In this document: piece by piece, positions 54,580-63,893 of the stretch | Numbering within the stretch: position 1 is the first letter of the stretch | Layout: every line of letters starts with the position of its first letter | Origin: Planctomycetaceae bacterium | GTDB lineage: Bacteria > Planctomycetota > Planctomycetia > Planctomycetales > Planctomycetaceae | Direction of reading: 5' to 3' | DNA length: 64,000 nucleotides | Assembly (NCBI GenBank): GCA_028284885.1 | Contig: JANQQW010000082.1 | Coordinates: 4,926 to 68,925 of the forward strand | Position numbers and translations under genes: made by a program | The notes under the pieces: generated by a model | The model's database searches: none | Told to the model about the DNA's origin: nothing | The model's input: the letters and a program-made list of their open reading frames with translations, nothing else

Positions 54580-55602
54580 ATGATGAACTCCGCGGAACAG
54601 CGGATCGTCCCGTTCGACCAAGTCGAGCAGCTTCGCGAGGCACGAGAAGTCCTCCGCGCCGAGGCCGCGGCCGTCGAAGCGGTCGCGTCGAGGCTCGACA
54701 CCGGGTTCTGCGAGGCGGTCGAACGACTCCGCACGTCCTCTGGCCGTGTGGTCGTCACCGGGATGGGCAAGGCCGGGCTCGTCGGGCGCAAGATCGCAGC
54801 GACGTTCTCCTCGACCGGCACGCCGTCCCACTTCCTGCACCCGTCCGAGGGCGTGCACGGCGACGTCGGCTGCGTCGGCGACGGCGACACGCTGCTGTGC
54901 CTCTCGAACAGCGGCGAGACGGACGAGGTTCTCCGGCTGCTCCCGATCGTCCGTCGCCTCGGTGCGACGGTCGTCGGCGTCACGGCCTCGCGGACGAGTT
55001 CGCTCGGCACGGAGGCGGACGTCGTCGTCGAGCTGGGCCGACTGACCGAGGCCGGTCCGTACGGACTCGCTCCCACGTCCTCGACGACCGCCATGCTCGC
55101 CGTCGGCGACGCGTTGGCCCTCGTCGTGGCCCGCGCGACGGGCTTCACGCCCCACACGTTCGCGTTGTACCACCCGGGCGGCAGCCTCGGCCGCCGGCTC
55201 GCCCGCGTACAGGACGTGATGCGGCGGGGTGACGACCTTCGTATCGCGGGCGGCACGGCCACCATCCGCGAGGTCTTCGTCGGCATCGCCCGTCCCGGCC
55301 GTCGTACCGGGGCCGTGATGGTCGTCGACGACGACGGCCGTCTCGCGGGTCTGTTCACCGACAGCGACCTCGCCCGCCTACTCGAACGTGAGACCGCCTT
55401 CGAGCTCGCCCGACCGATCGGCGACGTGATGACGCGCGACCCGCTCACGGTCGGTGAGGACGCCGTGCTCGAAGAGGTCGTCGAGATCCTCTCGACCCGG
55501 AAGTTCAGCGAGCTGCCCGTCCTCGACGCGAACCGCCGTCCGGTCGGGCTCGTGGACATCACCGACGTGATCAGCCTCCTTCCCACCGACGGCGACGACT
55601 GA
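54580..55602 (+). CDS. kdsD: Arabinose-5-phosphate isomerase (KpsF/GutQ/KdsD family; SIS + CBS pair)
   Basis: 'RVVVTGMGKAGLVGRKIAATFSSTGTPSHFLHPSEGVHGDVG', 'LLCLSNSGETDE', 'LAPTSSTTAMLAVGDALA', 'YHPGGSLG', C-terminal CBS repeats. Confidence 0.92.
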   Translation: MMNSAEQRIVPFDQVEQLREAREVLRAEAAAVEAVASRLDTGFCEAVERLRTSSGRVVVTGMGKAGLVGRKIAATFSSTGTPSHFLHPSEGVHGDVGCVGDGDTLLCLSNSGETDEVLRLLPIVRRLGATVVGVTASRTSSLGTEADVVVELGRLTEAGPYGLAPTSSTTAMLAVGDALALVVARATGFTPHTFALYHPGGSLGRRLARVQDVMRRGDDLRIAGGTATIREVFVGIARPGRRTGAVMVVDDDGRLAGLFTDSDLARLLERETAFELARPIGDVMTRDPLTVGEDAVLEEVVEILSTRKFSELPVLDANRRPVGLVDITDVISLLPTDGDD

Positions 55603-55653
55603 CCGTTCGCACGTCGTCGAACTCCCGGACCCCCACTCGAACCGAGCCGTCCC

Positions 55654-58600
55654 GTGTCGGACGTGACAGACGACAGCCCAGAGCAGTCGAACGCCCTCGG
55701 AGGACTCTCTCCGATGACGCGGCGGACGATGCTCGCGTCGTCGACGCTCGTCGGGCTCTCCGGCGTGTACGGGCTGTACGCGGCGATCGTCAACCCGCTG
55801 ATTCAGCCCCCCATCCCGTCGGCCCCCGTCGGCCAACGGCCGGTCACGCCGCCGCCGCGGAACAGTGTGCTCGTGGCCGAGCAGTACCTGAGTGCCGCGC
55901 CCTGGGCGGCGGAGGCCCAGTACCAGTTGCGGACCAAGGAGGCGTTCGTCTACTTCGAGAACTGGAAGCGGGTCGACGAGCACTCCGCGGTGCGGTTCTG
56001 GCCGTTCGCCATCGTCTGGATCCACAACGACCGGGCCCTCGAGGAGGGGCCGGTGACGTTCGTCTCGGACTCGGCGATGGTGAAGTTCGCCCGCAAGTTC
56101 GAGATCACGAACGACCCGGGGCGGGTGATCGCGGCGGCGCTGGAGGGGGACACGGTCGTCGGCGGGCCGAACAACCTCGACGTCCGCGGGCGGAACTTCA
56201 CCTACTCCGAGTCCGCCATGCGGATGTGGAGCGACGAGCCGTTGACGTTCGCGTACGGGGAGAACAGCGGCCGTTCGACCGGGATGCAGGTCGATCTCGT
56301 CGCCCAGAAGGACCTCGACGACAACAGCCTCGCGGTCGCCGGCATGAGAGCCGTGCACCTCAAGCGGGACGTGGTGATGAACCTCGTGTCGGAGGGGGAC
56401 CCGAACGCCCCCGAGACGACCAAGCCGACCAAGCCGACACACGCCAAGGTCACCAGCGACGGCAGCTTCACCTACGACGTGGAGACGATGGTCGCGTTGT
56501 TCCGGGAGAACGTCCGGCTCGAGCGGCCGACGAGTCCGGAGACGCTCGACCTGTTGGAGACGGACGTGTTGGAGATCACGTTCGCCTCCGCCGTGTCGTC
56601 GGCCGCCGAGGTCGAACGACCGCCGCCGCAGACGCCCCCCACACCCGAGACCGGCCGGTTTCGCGGGTTCGAGACGGACCTCACGTTCCGCAAGATGCAC
56701 GCCTCCGGGGCGACCGTCCGGCTGCACTCGGCCGAGCACGACGTGACCGCCTTCATGACGGAGCTCGACTACGACACAGAGTCGCGGGTCGTGGAGTTCC
56801 GGCACGAGGACCGCGTCCGCGTCCTGCACGAGGGCAGCGAGCTGTGGTCGCCGCAGATCACGCTCGTCCATGCCCGCGAGGGGGGCGACCTCGAGTCCGT
56901 GCTCTGCCTCGGCAACGGGCAGATGCGACACGTCGATCCCGACTCGGGACGGGTCGACCTCGAGGCCAAGTGGGGCGAGCGGATGCAGATCCGCCCCGAC
57001 GACGAGTCGAACCTGCAGATGCTCGAACTGGAGAGCGACGCCGTCGTCCGACAGGTGGCCGAGGGATCGGCCATGCAGGCGAACTACATTCGGCTCTGGT
57101 TCGACAGGGACGAGAAACGGACCGGAGCCGGCGGCGACGAGACAACCGCGTCGGCGTCGGCGATCGAGCCCCGCAAACTGCTCGCGCTGGAGGACGTGGT
57201 GATGGTCGCCGACCGCATGGTGGCGACGACGAAGCGGCTCGAGGCCTGGTTCGACCCGGCGGAAACCTCGGCCGACCGACGACCCGTTCGGACCTCTTCC
57301 TCCGCACCGCTGCGCGACGGACACTGGTCGCAGTCGCTGGCGGCCGTGGACGACGAGTCGGCCACGCTTCGCACGGCGAGGAAGCCCGAGCTCCTCGCGA
57401 ACGACGACGCCGACGGACCAATCGAGTTCTCGGCCGACCTGGTCCGAATTCGGGCCGTCCGCAGTGAGGCCGGACCGGACGACACGAACGCTCGGCTGGA
57501 GGTGCGGGAAGTCTGGAGCTTCGGCAACGTCGACGTCCGACAGCAGCACGGCGACGGCGAGCCGCCACTCCAGGTCACCGGACGGCAGCTCCACGTGGTC
57601 GCCGGGCAGCCGAACGAGGAGGTCATCCACGTATACGGTGTGGCGGCCACGGCGGACACGGCGGCGGTCCCCGCTCACGTGCGGGACCGCGGCGTGCACA
57701 TGGAGGGCCCGGCCATCCACCTCGACCGCGGCGAGAACCGCGCGTGGGTCGACGGCGGTGGTCTGCTCCAACTCCCGGTCAAGCAGAACGCCGACGGCAC
57801 GACACTCGACAAGCCCCAGCTGCTCGACGTGTGGTGGGAGGACCGAATGGTCTTCGACGGTCTGACGGCCACGTTCGTCGGCAACGTCAAGACCGTGCTG
57901 CAGGCGGACCGCATCCACTGCTCCGAGATGAACGTCAAACTGACCGAGCGGATCGACTTCTCGCAGAGCCGCGAGGAGGGACGGTCCGGCGGACGCGAGG
58001 ACGGCGAGCGCGTCCAGCTCGCTCGTGTCGTCTGCCGGGACGGCGTCCGGCTCGACGGTCGCGCCTACGAGGGTTCCAAGCTCGTCGGCGTGCGGCAGGC
58101 CGAGTTCTGGCAGTTCGAACTCGACCAGATCACCGGCGACACGCTCGCGAAGGGGCCCGGCTGGCTCGTTCTGTGGCGGCGGGGAGGCGGCCGTGGAACC
58201 GACCTCGACACGCCGGCCGTCGTCCGCACCAATGCCCGGGCGGCCGCGGAACAGACCGACTGGGAGTACACCCGCATCGAGTTCGACGGCCAGACCGAGG
58301 GCAACGTCAACGACCGGACCACGCGGTTCGACGGGCTCGTCGAGATCACCTACGGGCCGGTGGCGAAGCCGCTCGACGTCGTCGACCCGGACGCCCTGCC
58401 GGAGAACGGCGGCTGGATGCGGAGCGAGTCCCTGGATCTGCAGCAGGTCGAGAAGACGGAGAGTCGCCCGGCGTACTTCACGGCGTTCGGGGAGGGCAAC
58501 GTCTACCTCCGCGGCCGTGAGTTCTTCGCACGTGCGGACGAAGTCGCCTACGACGAGTCGAAGGACCGATACGTGCTCCGGTCGAAGGGGACGCGGAACG

Positions 58601-58725
58601 CCACGATCTGGCGAGAGAAGCCGGGCGGCGGGTACGACGTCGCCCCGGCGAAACGGATGGAGTTCGTCCCGTCCCGCAACGTCCTGAAGCTCGACCGCGC
58701 CTCGGCGCTCGACGCGTCGAACTGA
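55654..58725 (+). CDS. Large (1023 aa) N-terminally anchored periplasmic protein; possible multi-module OstA/LptC/LptA-like protein
   Basis: One N-terminal TM ('MLASSTLVGLSGVYGLYAAIV'). Long beta-rich sequence with recurring LptC/LptA-like strings ('VSDSAMVKF...AALEGDTVVGGPNNLDVRGRNFTYSESAMRMWSDEPLTFAY', 'ADRIHCSEMNVKL', 'ARADEVAYDESKDRYVLRSKG'). It starts 51 nt after kdsD. Confidence 0.7.
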   Translation: MSDVTDDSPEQSNALGGLSPMTRRTMLASSTLVGLSGVYGLYAAIVNPLIQPPIPSAPVGQRPVTPPPRNSVLVAEQYLSAAPWAAEAQYQLRTKEAFVYFENWKRVDEHSAVRFWPFAIVWIHNDRALEEGPVTFVSDSAMVKFARKFEITNDPGRVIAAALEGDTVVGGPNNLDVRGRNFTYSESAMRMWSDEPLTFAYGENSGRSTGMQVDLVAQKDLDDNSLAVAGMRAVHLKRDVVMNLVSEGDPNAPETTKPTKPTHAKVTSDGSFTYDVETMVALFRENVRLERPTSPETLDLLETDVLEITFASAVSSAAEVERPPPQTPPTPETGRFRGFETDLTFRKMHASGATVRLHSAEHDVTAFMTELDYDTESRVVEFRHEDRVRVLHEGSELWSPQITLVHAREGGDLESVLCLGNGQMRHVDPDSGRVDLEAKWGERMQIRPDDESNLQMLELESDAVVRQVAEGSAMQANYIRLWFDRDEKRTGAGGDETTASASAIEPRKLLALEDVVMVADRMVATTKRLEAWFDPAETSADRRPVRTSSSAPLRDGHWSQSLAAVDDESATLRTARKPELLANDDADGPIEFSADLVRIRAVRSEAGPDDTNARLEVREVWSFGNVDVRQQHGDGEPPLQVTGRQLHVVAGQPNEEVIHVYGVAATADTAAVPAHVRDRGVHMEGPAIHLDRGENRAWVDGGGLLQLPVKQNADGTTLDKPQLLDVWWEDRMVFDGLTATFVGNVKTVLQADRIHCSEMNVKLTERIDFSQSREEGRSGGREDGERVQLARVVCRDGVRLDGRAYEGSKLVGVRQAEFWQFELDQITGDTLAKGPGWLVLWRRGGGRGTDLDTPAVVRTNARAAAEQTDWEYTRIEFDGQTEGNVNDRTTRFDGLVEITYGPVAKPLDVVDPDALPENGGWMRSESLDLQQVEKTESRPAYFTAFGEGNVYLRGREFFARADEVAYDESKDRYVLRSKGTRNATIWREKPGGGYDVAPAKRMEFVPSRNVLKLDRASALDASN

Positions 58726-58740
58726 CACGCGAGGGGCGGC

Positions 58741-60192
58741 TCAGGCGGGTGCCGGTACGGACTGCAGCAGTCGCTCGGCCGCGAGTTGTCCGCTCCGCAC
58801 GCAGTCCGGCAGCCCGACCCCGCGGTACCCGCTGCCGGCGAGGGCGAGGCCGCGATGTCGCGCGACCCGTTCCTCGATGCGGTCCACCCGGTCGAGGTGG
58901 CCGACGTGGTACTGCGGCATCGCCCGTGGATATCGGACCACACGCTCGAACGTCGGCTCGCCGCGGACGCCGAAGATTCCGGCCAGTTCCTCGCGAACGA
59001 GTGCCAGCAGCTCGTCGTCCGACCGCTCCAGCAACTCGGGCTGCAGCGCTCCCCCCACGAACGTGCGGAGGAGGGCGTGGCCGTCCGGTGCGCGTCCGGG
59101 GAACTTGCGACTCGCGACCGAGACGGCGAGCACGTTCCGCCGCTCGACCCGGGGGACGACGAGTCCGAAGGCCTCCAGCGAGTGCTCGGACTGGCTCAGC
59201 GGATACCCGCTGCAGACGACCGCACTCGACGCGTACTCGATCGCCCCGAGCTCCTCGGCGAGTGACGCGTCGAGATTGGCGACGAGTGACGAGGCGACGT
59301 GCGTCGGCACGGCGAGGACGACGGCGTCGTACGGCCGCGACGTGCCGACTCCGAAGTCCAGTCGGTACGTTCCGTCATCCTCGGCATGGACTCCGGCGAC
59401 CGACGTCGAACGCCGGACGTCCGCGAACTCGCCGACACGCGACTCGAGTGCGTCGACCAGCGTGCCCAGTCCGTTCCGAAGCGACACGAACAGGCCGTAC
59501 CGCGCACCGCTCTCGGCCGCGTTCTCCTGCTTCGACTTCGCCGCCTGCACGGCGGTCGCTCGCGTCAGGCTGCCGTGACGGCGTTCCATGTCGAGAAATC
59601 GCGGCAGTGTCGCGCGGAGGCTGAGCTTCTCCGGGTCGGCGGTGTAGATGCCGCCGACAAGCGGTTGCACGAGCCGCTCGAAGGCCTCGTTTCCGAGTCG
59701 GCGACGGCCAAACGACGCGAGGCTCTCGTCGTCGACCGGGCGTGCCGGGACGAACCGCTCCCACGCCAGCCGCAACTTCCCCCACGGACTGAGAACGGGC
59801 GAGACGACCACCGGCCAGACTCGCGACGTCGACATCAGCGTGAACCCGGGCGGCACCGGCTGCGGCCGGCCTCGGTGGAGGACGAGCGACCGGCGGTGCG
59901 TCGGGTCGGTGCTGATCAGCTCGTCGCCGAGGCCGAGTTCCTCGACGAGTTCGACGGCCCAGGGCTTGTCCGTCACGAACATGTCCGGCCCGGTCTCGAC
60001 GAGGAACTCGCCGATTCGCTCCGTGTGCACCGGGCCACCGAGACGATCGCCGGCCTCGAGCAGGTCGAGTGCCAGCGCGGCTCCGGTCGAGTGGCAGGCC
60101 GTCCCGACGCGGAGTGCCGCGGCGAGCCCGGAGATGCCCCCGCCGACGACGGCAACGCGCCAGGCCGAGGAGTCCGCTGCGGTGCCGTTCAC
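58741..60192 (-). CDS. hemY: Protoporphyrinogen / coproporphyrinogen III oxidase (HemY/CgoX family, FAD-dependent)
   Basis: 'VAVVGGGISGLAAA' dinucleotide fold, about 480 aa, C-terminal 'LALAGSGYRGVGLPDCV'. Clustered with hemE and hemD. Confidence 0.85.
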   Translation of the reverse strand: MNGTAADSSAWRVAVVGGGISGLAAALRVGTACHSTGAALALDLLEAGDRLGGPVHTERIGEFLVETGPDMFVTDKPWAVELVEELGLGDELISTDPTHRRSLVLHRGRPQPVPPGFTLMSTSRVWPVVVSPVLSPWGKLRLAWERFVPARPVDDESLASFGRRRLGNEAFERLVQPLVGGIYTADPEKLSLRATLPRFLDMERRHGSLTRATAVQAAKSKQENAAESGARYGLFVSLRNGLGTLVDALESRVGEFADVRRSTSVAGVHAEDDGTYRLDFGVGTSRPYDAVVLAVPTHVASSLVANLDASLAEELGAIEYASSAVVCSGYPLSQSEHSLEAFGLVVPRVERRNVLAVSVASRKFPGRAPDGHALLRTFVGGALQPELLERSDDELLALVREELAGIFGVRGEPTFERVVRYPRAMPQYHVGHLDRVDRIEERVARHRGLALAGSGYRGVGLPDCVRSGQLAAERLLQSVPAPA

Positions 60193-60238
60193 GATCGGTG
60201 GGTCCTCGTCGAGGAGGCGATGGTCGAGGAGACGACGT

Positions 60239-61279
60239 TCATCGACTGCCCAGTTCGTGGACCATCTCGACGAGCGCCTTCACGTGGTCCGGGTCCATCT
60301 CGGGCGTGACGCCGTGCCCGAGATTGAATACGTGCCCGGGACGTCCGCCAGCGGCGTCCAGCACGTCGGCCACGCGTTCGCGGAGCACCGGCAAGGGGGC
60401 GAAGATGGAGATCGGGTCGAGGTTCCCCTGGACGGCGCGGTCGAAGCCGAGCGCCTCCCGGGTCGAGCGGAGATCGACCCGCCAGTCGAGTCCGACGACG
60501 CGACCGCCGGCTGCGGCTTGGAGCGGGACGAGGGCCGGGTTGCCGGTGAGGAAGTTGACCACGGTCGCCCCCTCGGGCAGCGAGTCGATCAGCGCCTTCG
60601 TGTGGGGTTGGACGTAGCGGGCGTAGTCGGACGGCGAGAGGCAGCCGGCCCAGCTGTCGAAGATCTGGACCGCCTGGCAGCCCGCCTCGAGTTGGGCGAC
60701 GAGGTACCGGGAGAGGCTCCGCACGAACTTGGACATCAACGCGTTCCAGACCCCGTCGTCGGAGTACATCAGCGTTTTCGTGCGGATGTAGTTCTTGGAG
60801 CCGCCCCCCTCGATGGCGTAGGAGGCGAGTGTGAACGGAGCCCCGGCGAAACCGAGCAGCGGGATGTTCGCGGGCAGATCACGGCGAATGAGCTTCACGG
60901 CGTCGAACACGAACTGCAGCGAGCCGAGTTCCTCGAGCTCGACGACCCTGTCGACGTCCTCCGCCTCCCGAATCGTCTGGTGGATGACCGGTCCCTCGCC
61001 CTTCAGGTACTCGAGCCCGAATCCCATCGGCTCCAGGATCGGCAGCAGGTCGGCGAACAGAATGGCTGCGTCGACGCCGAGGATTCGCTGCGCGTCGAGC
61101 GTCACCTTCGCGGCGAGCTCCGGCGTCTTGCAGAGCTCGAGGAACGTGACCGTGTTGCGGACCGCCCGGTACTCCGGCAGGTACCGCCCCGCCTGCCGCA
61201 TGATCCAGACGGGCGTCGTGTCGACGGCTTCGCAGCGGGTGGCCCGCATGAAGCGGCTGTCGTGAAGTTCGGGTGTCAA
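60239..61279 (-). CDS. hemE: Uroporphyrinogen decarboxylase
   Basis: 'PVWIMRQAGRYLPEY', 'ILFADLL', 'GFAGAPFTLASY', 'QIFDSWAG', 'HVFNLGHG'. Confidence 0.95.
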   Translation of the reverse strand: MTPELHDSRFMRATRCEAVDTTPVWIMRQAGRYLPEYRAVRNTVTFLELCKTPELAAKVTLDAQRILGVDAAILFADLLPILEPMGFGLEYLKGEGPVIHQTIREAEDVDRVVELEELGSLQFVFDAVKLIRRDLPANIPLLGFAGAPFTLASYAIEGGGSKNYIRTKTLMYSDDGVWNALMSKFVRSLSRYLVAQLEAGCQAVQIFDSWAGCLSPSDYARYVQPHTKALIDSLPEGATVVNFLTGNPALVPLQAAAGGRVVGLDWRVDLRSTREALGFDRAVQGNLDPISIFAPLPVLRERVADVLDAAGGRPGHVFNLGHGVTPEMDPDHVKALVEMVHELGSR

Positions 61280-61304
61280 TTCATCGCTCCGGCGGTCGTT
61301 TCCC

Positions 61305-62162
61305 TCATTCTAGAGGGTTGGCGGGGGCATCGGAACGAGGCCGCCCCTCGACGGACCCGGACCGCCCCGCTTCCATGGCGACTCTGACCAACGGGCCCAT
61401 CTTCGGGGGGGACGCCTCGACCGTGACGTGCAGTCCCGCGTCGCGGAGGGCGTCGCTGCAGGTCGGCCCGACAGACGCGATCACCAGTCGGCCGGACGAC
61501 TCGCGGAAGGCGTGTTCGACTCCCTCGTCGGAGGCCGCCTTCAACACGTTCGTCACCTGTTGCGCGCTCGTGAACATCAGGACGTCGAAGTCGCCGGCGA
61601 CGACGGAGTGAACGGCCGCGAGCAGCGGGCCGGGCTCCTCCGGGAACCCCCACCGGTAGACGGGAACCGGGAGCACCTCGGCCCCGCGGCGCTCCAGCTC
61701 GAAGTAGAACTCGCCGTTCGGCAGGCCGTACTCCTGAACGGCGATCGCCTTCCCGGCCAGATCGAGCGGGTGGGCCTCCATCGCGGCGAGCAGTTCCTCC
61801 CAGGTGTTCGGCTCCGGGGCCCGCACGTCGACTCGTGTTCCCCACTCCTTCAGCACGGCCGCCGGCTTCGGCCCGCGGATGCAGACCGTGACCCGCTCCA
61901 GTGCCGCGAGAAACTCGTCCCGCGAGTGTCGGGTCGTCACGACATCATGGACCGCACGGGCCCCCACGCCGGTGAAGAAGACGACCACGTCGATCTGCCC
62001 GGCGAGCAGCTTGTCGGCGAAGGCGTAGACGGCCTCGTTCTCGTCGAGTGGAATCTCCCGCATCGACGGGGCGACCGTCGCGACGCCCCCCTGCTTCTCG
62101 ATCAGCTTGGCGATCTCGACGGACCGACGGCTCTCGAAACTGCAGACGCGAACGGAGGACAT
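61305..62162 (-). CDS. hemD: Uroporphyrinogen-III synthase
   Basis: 'FESRRSVEIAKLIEKQGG', 'DVVVFFTGVGARAV', 'DVLMFTSAQQV', 'IASVGPTCSDALRDAG'. Start set at ATG 62162. Confidence 0.85.
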   Translation of the reverse strand: MSSVRVCSFESRRSVEIAKLIEKQGGVATVAPSMREIPLDENEAVYAFADKLLAGQIDVVVFFTGVGARAVHDVVTTRHSRDEFLAALERVTVCIRGPKPAAVLKEWGTRVDVRAPEPNTWEELLAAMEAHPLDLAGKAIAVQEYGLPNGEFYFELERRGAEVLPVPVYRWGFPEEPGPLLAAVHSVVAGDFDVLMFTSAQQVTNVLKAASDEGVEHAFRESSGRLVIASVGPTCSDALRDAGLHVTVEASPPKMGPLVRVAMEAGRSGSVEGRPRSDAPANPLE

Positions 62163-62353
62163 CGAACGGGGCTCGGGCGGAAGTGGCAGGGGCGGGGCCG
62201 GACGACTGATTCTTGCAGTGCAATCGGTGCAAAGCGAGCCGTGAGGAGGATTCCGCAGCGGCAACGCCTGAAGTCCTGCAGCGAATTCGCCGATGGAGGC
62301 AGAGTTCGCTGACGCCGATCGACACTACCCCTCGAGACCAGCGCGAGGTCACG

Positions 62354-62554
62354 ATGGTTGCCTCCACGACGTCGGCGGAGGGCGTTCAGCACCTCCGCCG
62401 TCACACGCCCGGCTGGCGTGTCGGAACGGGCTTGCCCGTCTCCCTGCCCCCCGGACAGTACGCCGTGACCGACGAGCAGTCGGACGGCGAGAACTCCTAC
62501 CTCGTACTGGACGAGACGTTCCGCGTTCGGAAGCGGTCGGTGCACGACGGCTGA
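62354..62554 (+). CDS. Hypothetical small protein (66 aa)
   Basis: ATG 62354. High GC3 and plausible composition ('GQYAVTDEQSDGENSYLVLDETFRVRK'). No motif recognised. Confidence 0.4.
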   Translation: MVASTTSAEGVQHLRRHTPGWRVGTGLPVSLPPGQYAVTDEQSDGENSYLVLDETFRVRKRSVHDG

Positions 62555-62582
62555 TCCGTCGTCACCGTTCAGTCGCCACCAC

Positions 62583-63818
62583 TCAGTCGTCGCCGAACGG
62601 GTCCGCCTTGGGGGCGTTCTGCAACAGGTCGGTGACGTCGCGATCGACGCGGGCCGCCGTTCGAGAGGGTCGCTTCGGTGACTCGACGGGTGTCGCTTTC
62701 GCCCCGGGATCGTCTTCCGTCCGGTCGGGTTCGGCGGTGACGAGGTCGTCCGGTGAGAACACCGGGATCTCGTCCGAACCGAGGTCGCCCCCGAGTTCCG
62801 TGACGAGCACGGTTGGGTCCGATCCCATCTTGTGTCGTTTGGCCGGCGACGGCCGTCCGCTTGCGACGGGGATCGGTGGTGGGGGTGGCGGAGCCACCGG
62901 TGGCGCGGCCGGGGTGGTCGCGGCCGGGGTGGTCGCGGCCATCGTCGAGGTCTGACCCGCCTTGCGAAGTCCGGGGTTCCGCTTGACGAGGACGACCGTG
63001 CGGCCGTTCCCTTCGACGTGGACTTCGTCGAGGTGGTGCACCGCCTTCCAGCCGTTTCGCTCGACGTCCGCGGAGTCGAAACCGGGACCCTCGTGGCGAA
63101 TCACGAACCGCGCCCGAGCCGAGTCCACTCGGGCCTCGATCTGGACGCGACGCCCGGAGTAGGGACGCTCCCGCTGACGGCGGGCGGCAAGCTCGGCACG
63201 GTCACCGTCGTGGACCTCGAGGTTTCCGTGGTAGATGGCGTTCGCCACGGCGGCCGACAGGGCGGACCGGAGCAGGAACGCGTCGCGCGGCGAGAGATGC
63301 CAAGCATCCGTCAGGCCGACGAGATCGGCAGCGACCGACTCGATCAGAGCCGGCTCGTTCGGCAATTCGAAGGTCGTCCGCCGCTCGATGCAGTGCTCGA
63401 GCGTCATGCGGCGAACCGACTCCGGCGGGCAGCGAATCGCGTGCTGCGTGACGAACCGCAGGTCCTGCTGCCAACGCGAGGCCTCGATCGCGACGACCGA
63501 CGGTTCGCCGAACAGACAGGGAAAAACCGAGGTGTCGGCCAGCGAGTCGGGGGTCGGCACTCGCAGCAGAAACGCCGACTGCCGTTGGCTGGTGACCAGA
63601 TCGACGACGTCGTCGTGGTGAAGACCTGCCGGCGTCCCGACTTCTGTGACGACGGCCGACACGTTGGTCGAGGTCGCCAACGCCTTCACGCTCGCAGGGT
63701 GGGCTCCCACGGTGTGAACCGAGAACGCGTCCCCGAGCAGCGAAGCCGTTTCCCGCAGGAAGTCGGCGGAATCGTGGGCGACGAGGACCGTCGTGGCGTG
63801 GCTGTCGGCGGCATGCAT
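62583..63818 (-). CDS. HATPase_c_2 (RsbW/SpoIIAB-like serine kinase ATPase) domain protein with receiver-like N-terminus and Pro-rich tail
   Basis: N-box-like 'LRSALSAAVANAIYHGNLEV', G1-like 'IRHEGPGFD'. N-terminal 'TVLVAHDSADFLRE...' is receiver-like. Tail 'TTPAATTPAAPPVAPPPPPPIP'. ATG 63818 is preferred; codons between 63818 and GTG 63893 have poor GC3. Confidence 0.65.
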   Translation of the reverse strand: MHAADSHATTVLVAHDSADFLRETASLLGDAFSVHTVGAHPASVKALATSTNVSAVVTEVGTPAGLHHDDVVDLVTSQRQSAFLLRVPTPDSLADTSVFPCLFGEPSVVAIEASRWQQDLRFVTQHAIRCPPESVRRMTLEHCIERRTTFELPNEPALIESVAADLVGLTDAWHLSPRDAFLLRSALSAAVANAIYHGNLEVHDGDRAELAARRQRERPYSGRRVQIEARVDSARARFVIRHEGPGFDSADVERNGWKAVHHLDEVHVEGNGRTVVLVKRNPGLRKAGQTSTMAATTPAATTPAAPPVAPPPPPPIPVASGRPSPAKRHKMGSDPTVLVTELGGDLGSDEIPVFSPDDLVTAEPDRTEDDPGAKATPVESPKRPSRTAARVDRDVTDLLQNAPKADPFGDD

Positions 63819-63893
63819 CGCTAGATGACAGACGAAGTCACCCGAAATGTCACGCGAGGGAGCGTGAAGATTCCGTGAAGCCGACGGCTCCAC

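Noticed and set aside
55378-58728. A 1116-aa minus-strand ORF, with similar giant ORFs at 5712-8480 (+), 5734-7797 (-), 7951-9810 (-), 27674-30046 (+), 19842-22478 (-) and 31592-32944 (+, the upstream part of the 31592-34183 ORF)
   Set aside because: All are antisense to, or out of frame with, genes carrying unmistakable family motifs (ClC, AOR, AceE, Mdh, the kdsD-downstream protein). Their translations are dominated by R/P/G/A/D runs with no motifs. Long stop-free alternative frames are expected at this GC content.
58741-62162. The hemD-hemE-hemY cluster as something unusual
   Set aside because: It is an ordinary haem-biosynthesis gene string with canonical motifs. The absence of hemH, hemC or hemQ within the window says nothing, because they may lie elsewhere in the genome.
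63819-63893. GTG 63893, abutting the upstream stop codon, as the start of the HATPase protein (suggesting translational coupling)
   Set aside because: The 25 codons between 63893 and ATG 63818 have many A/T-ending codons (aat, ctt, gct, att, ggt, tgt, cat, cta), unlike the strong GC3 bias elsewhere. The region looks like a non-coding spacer.
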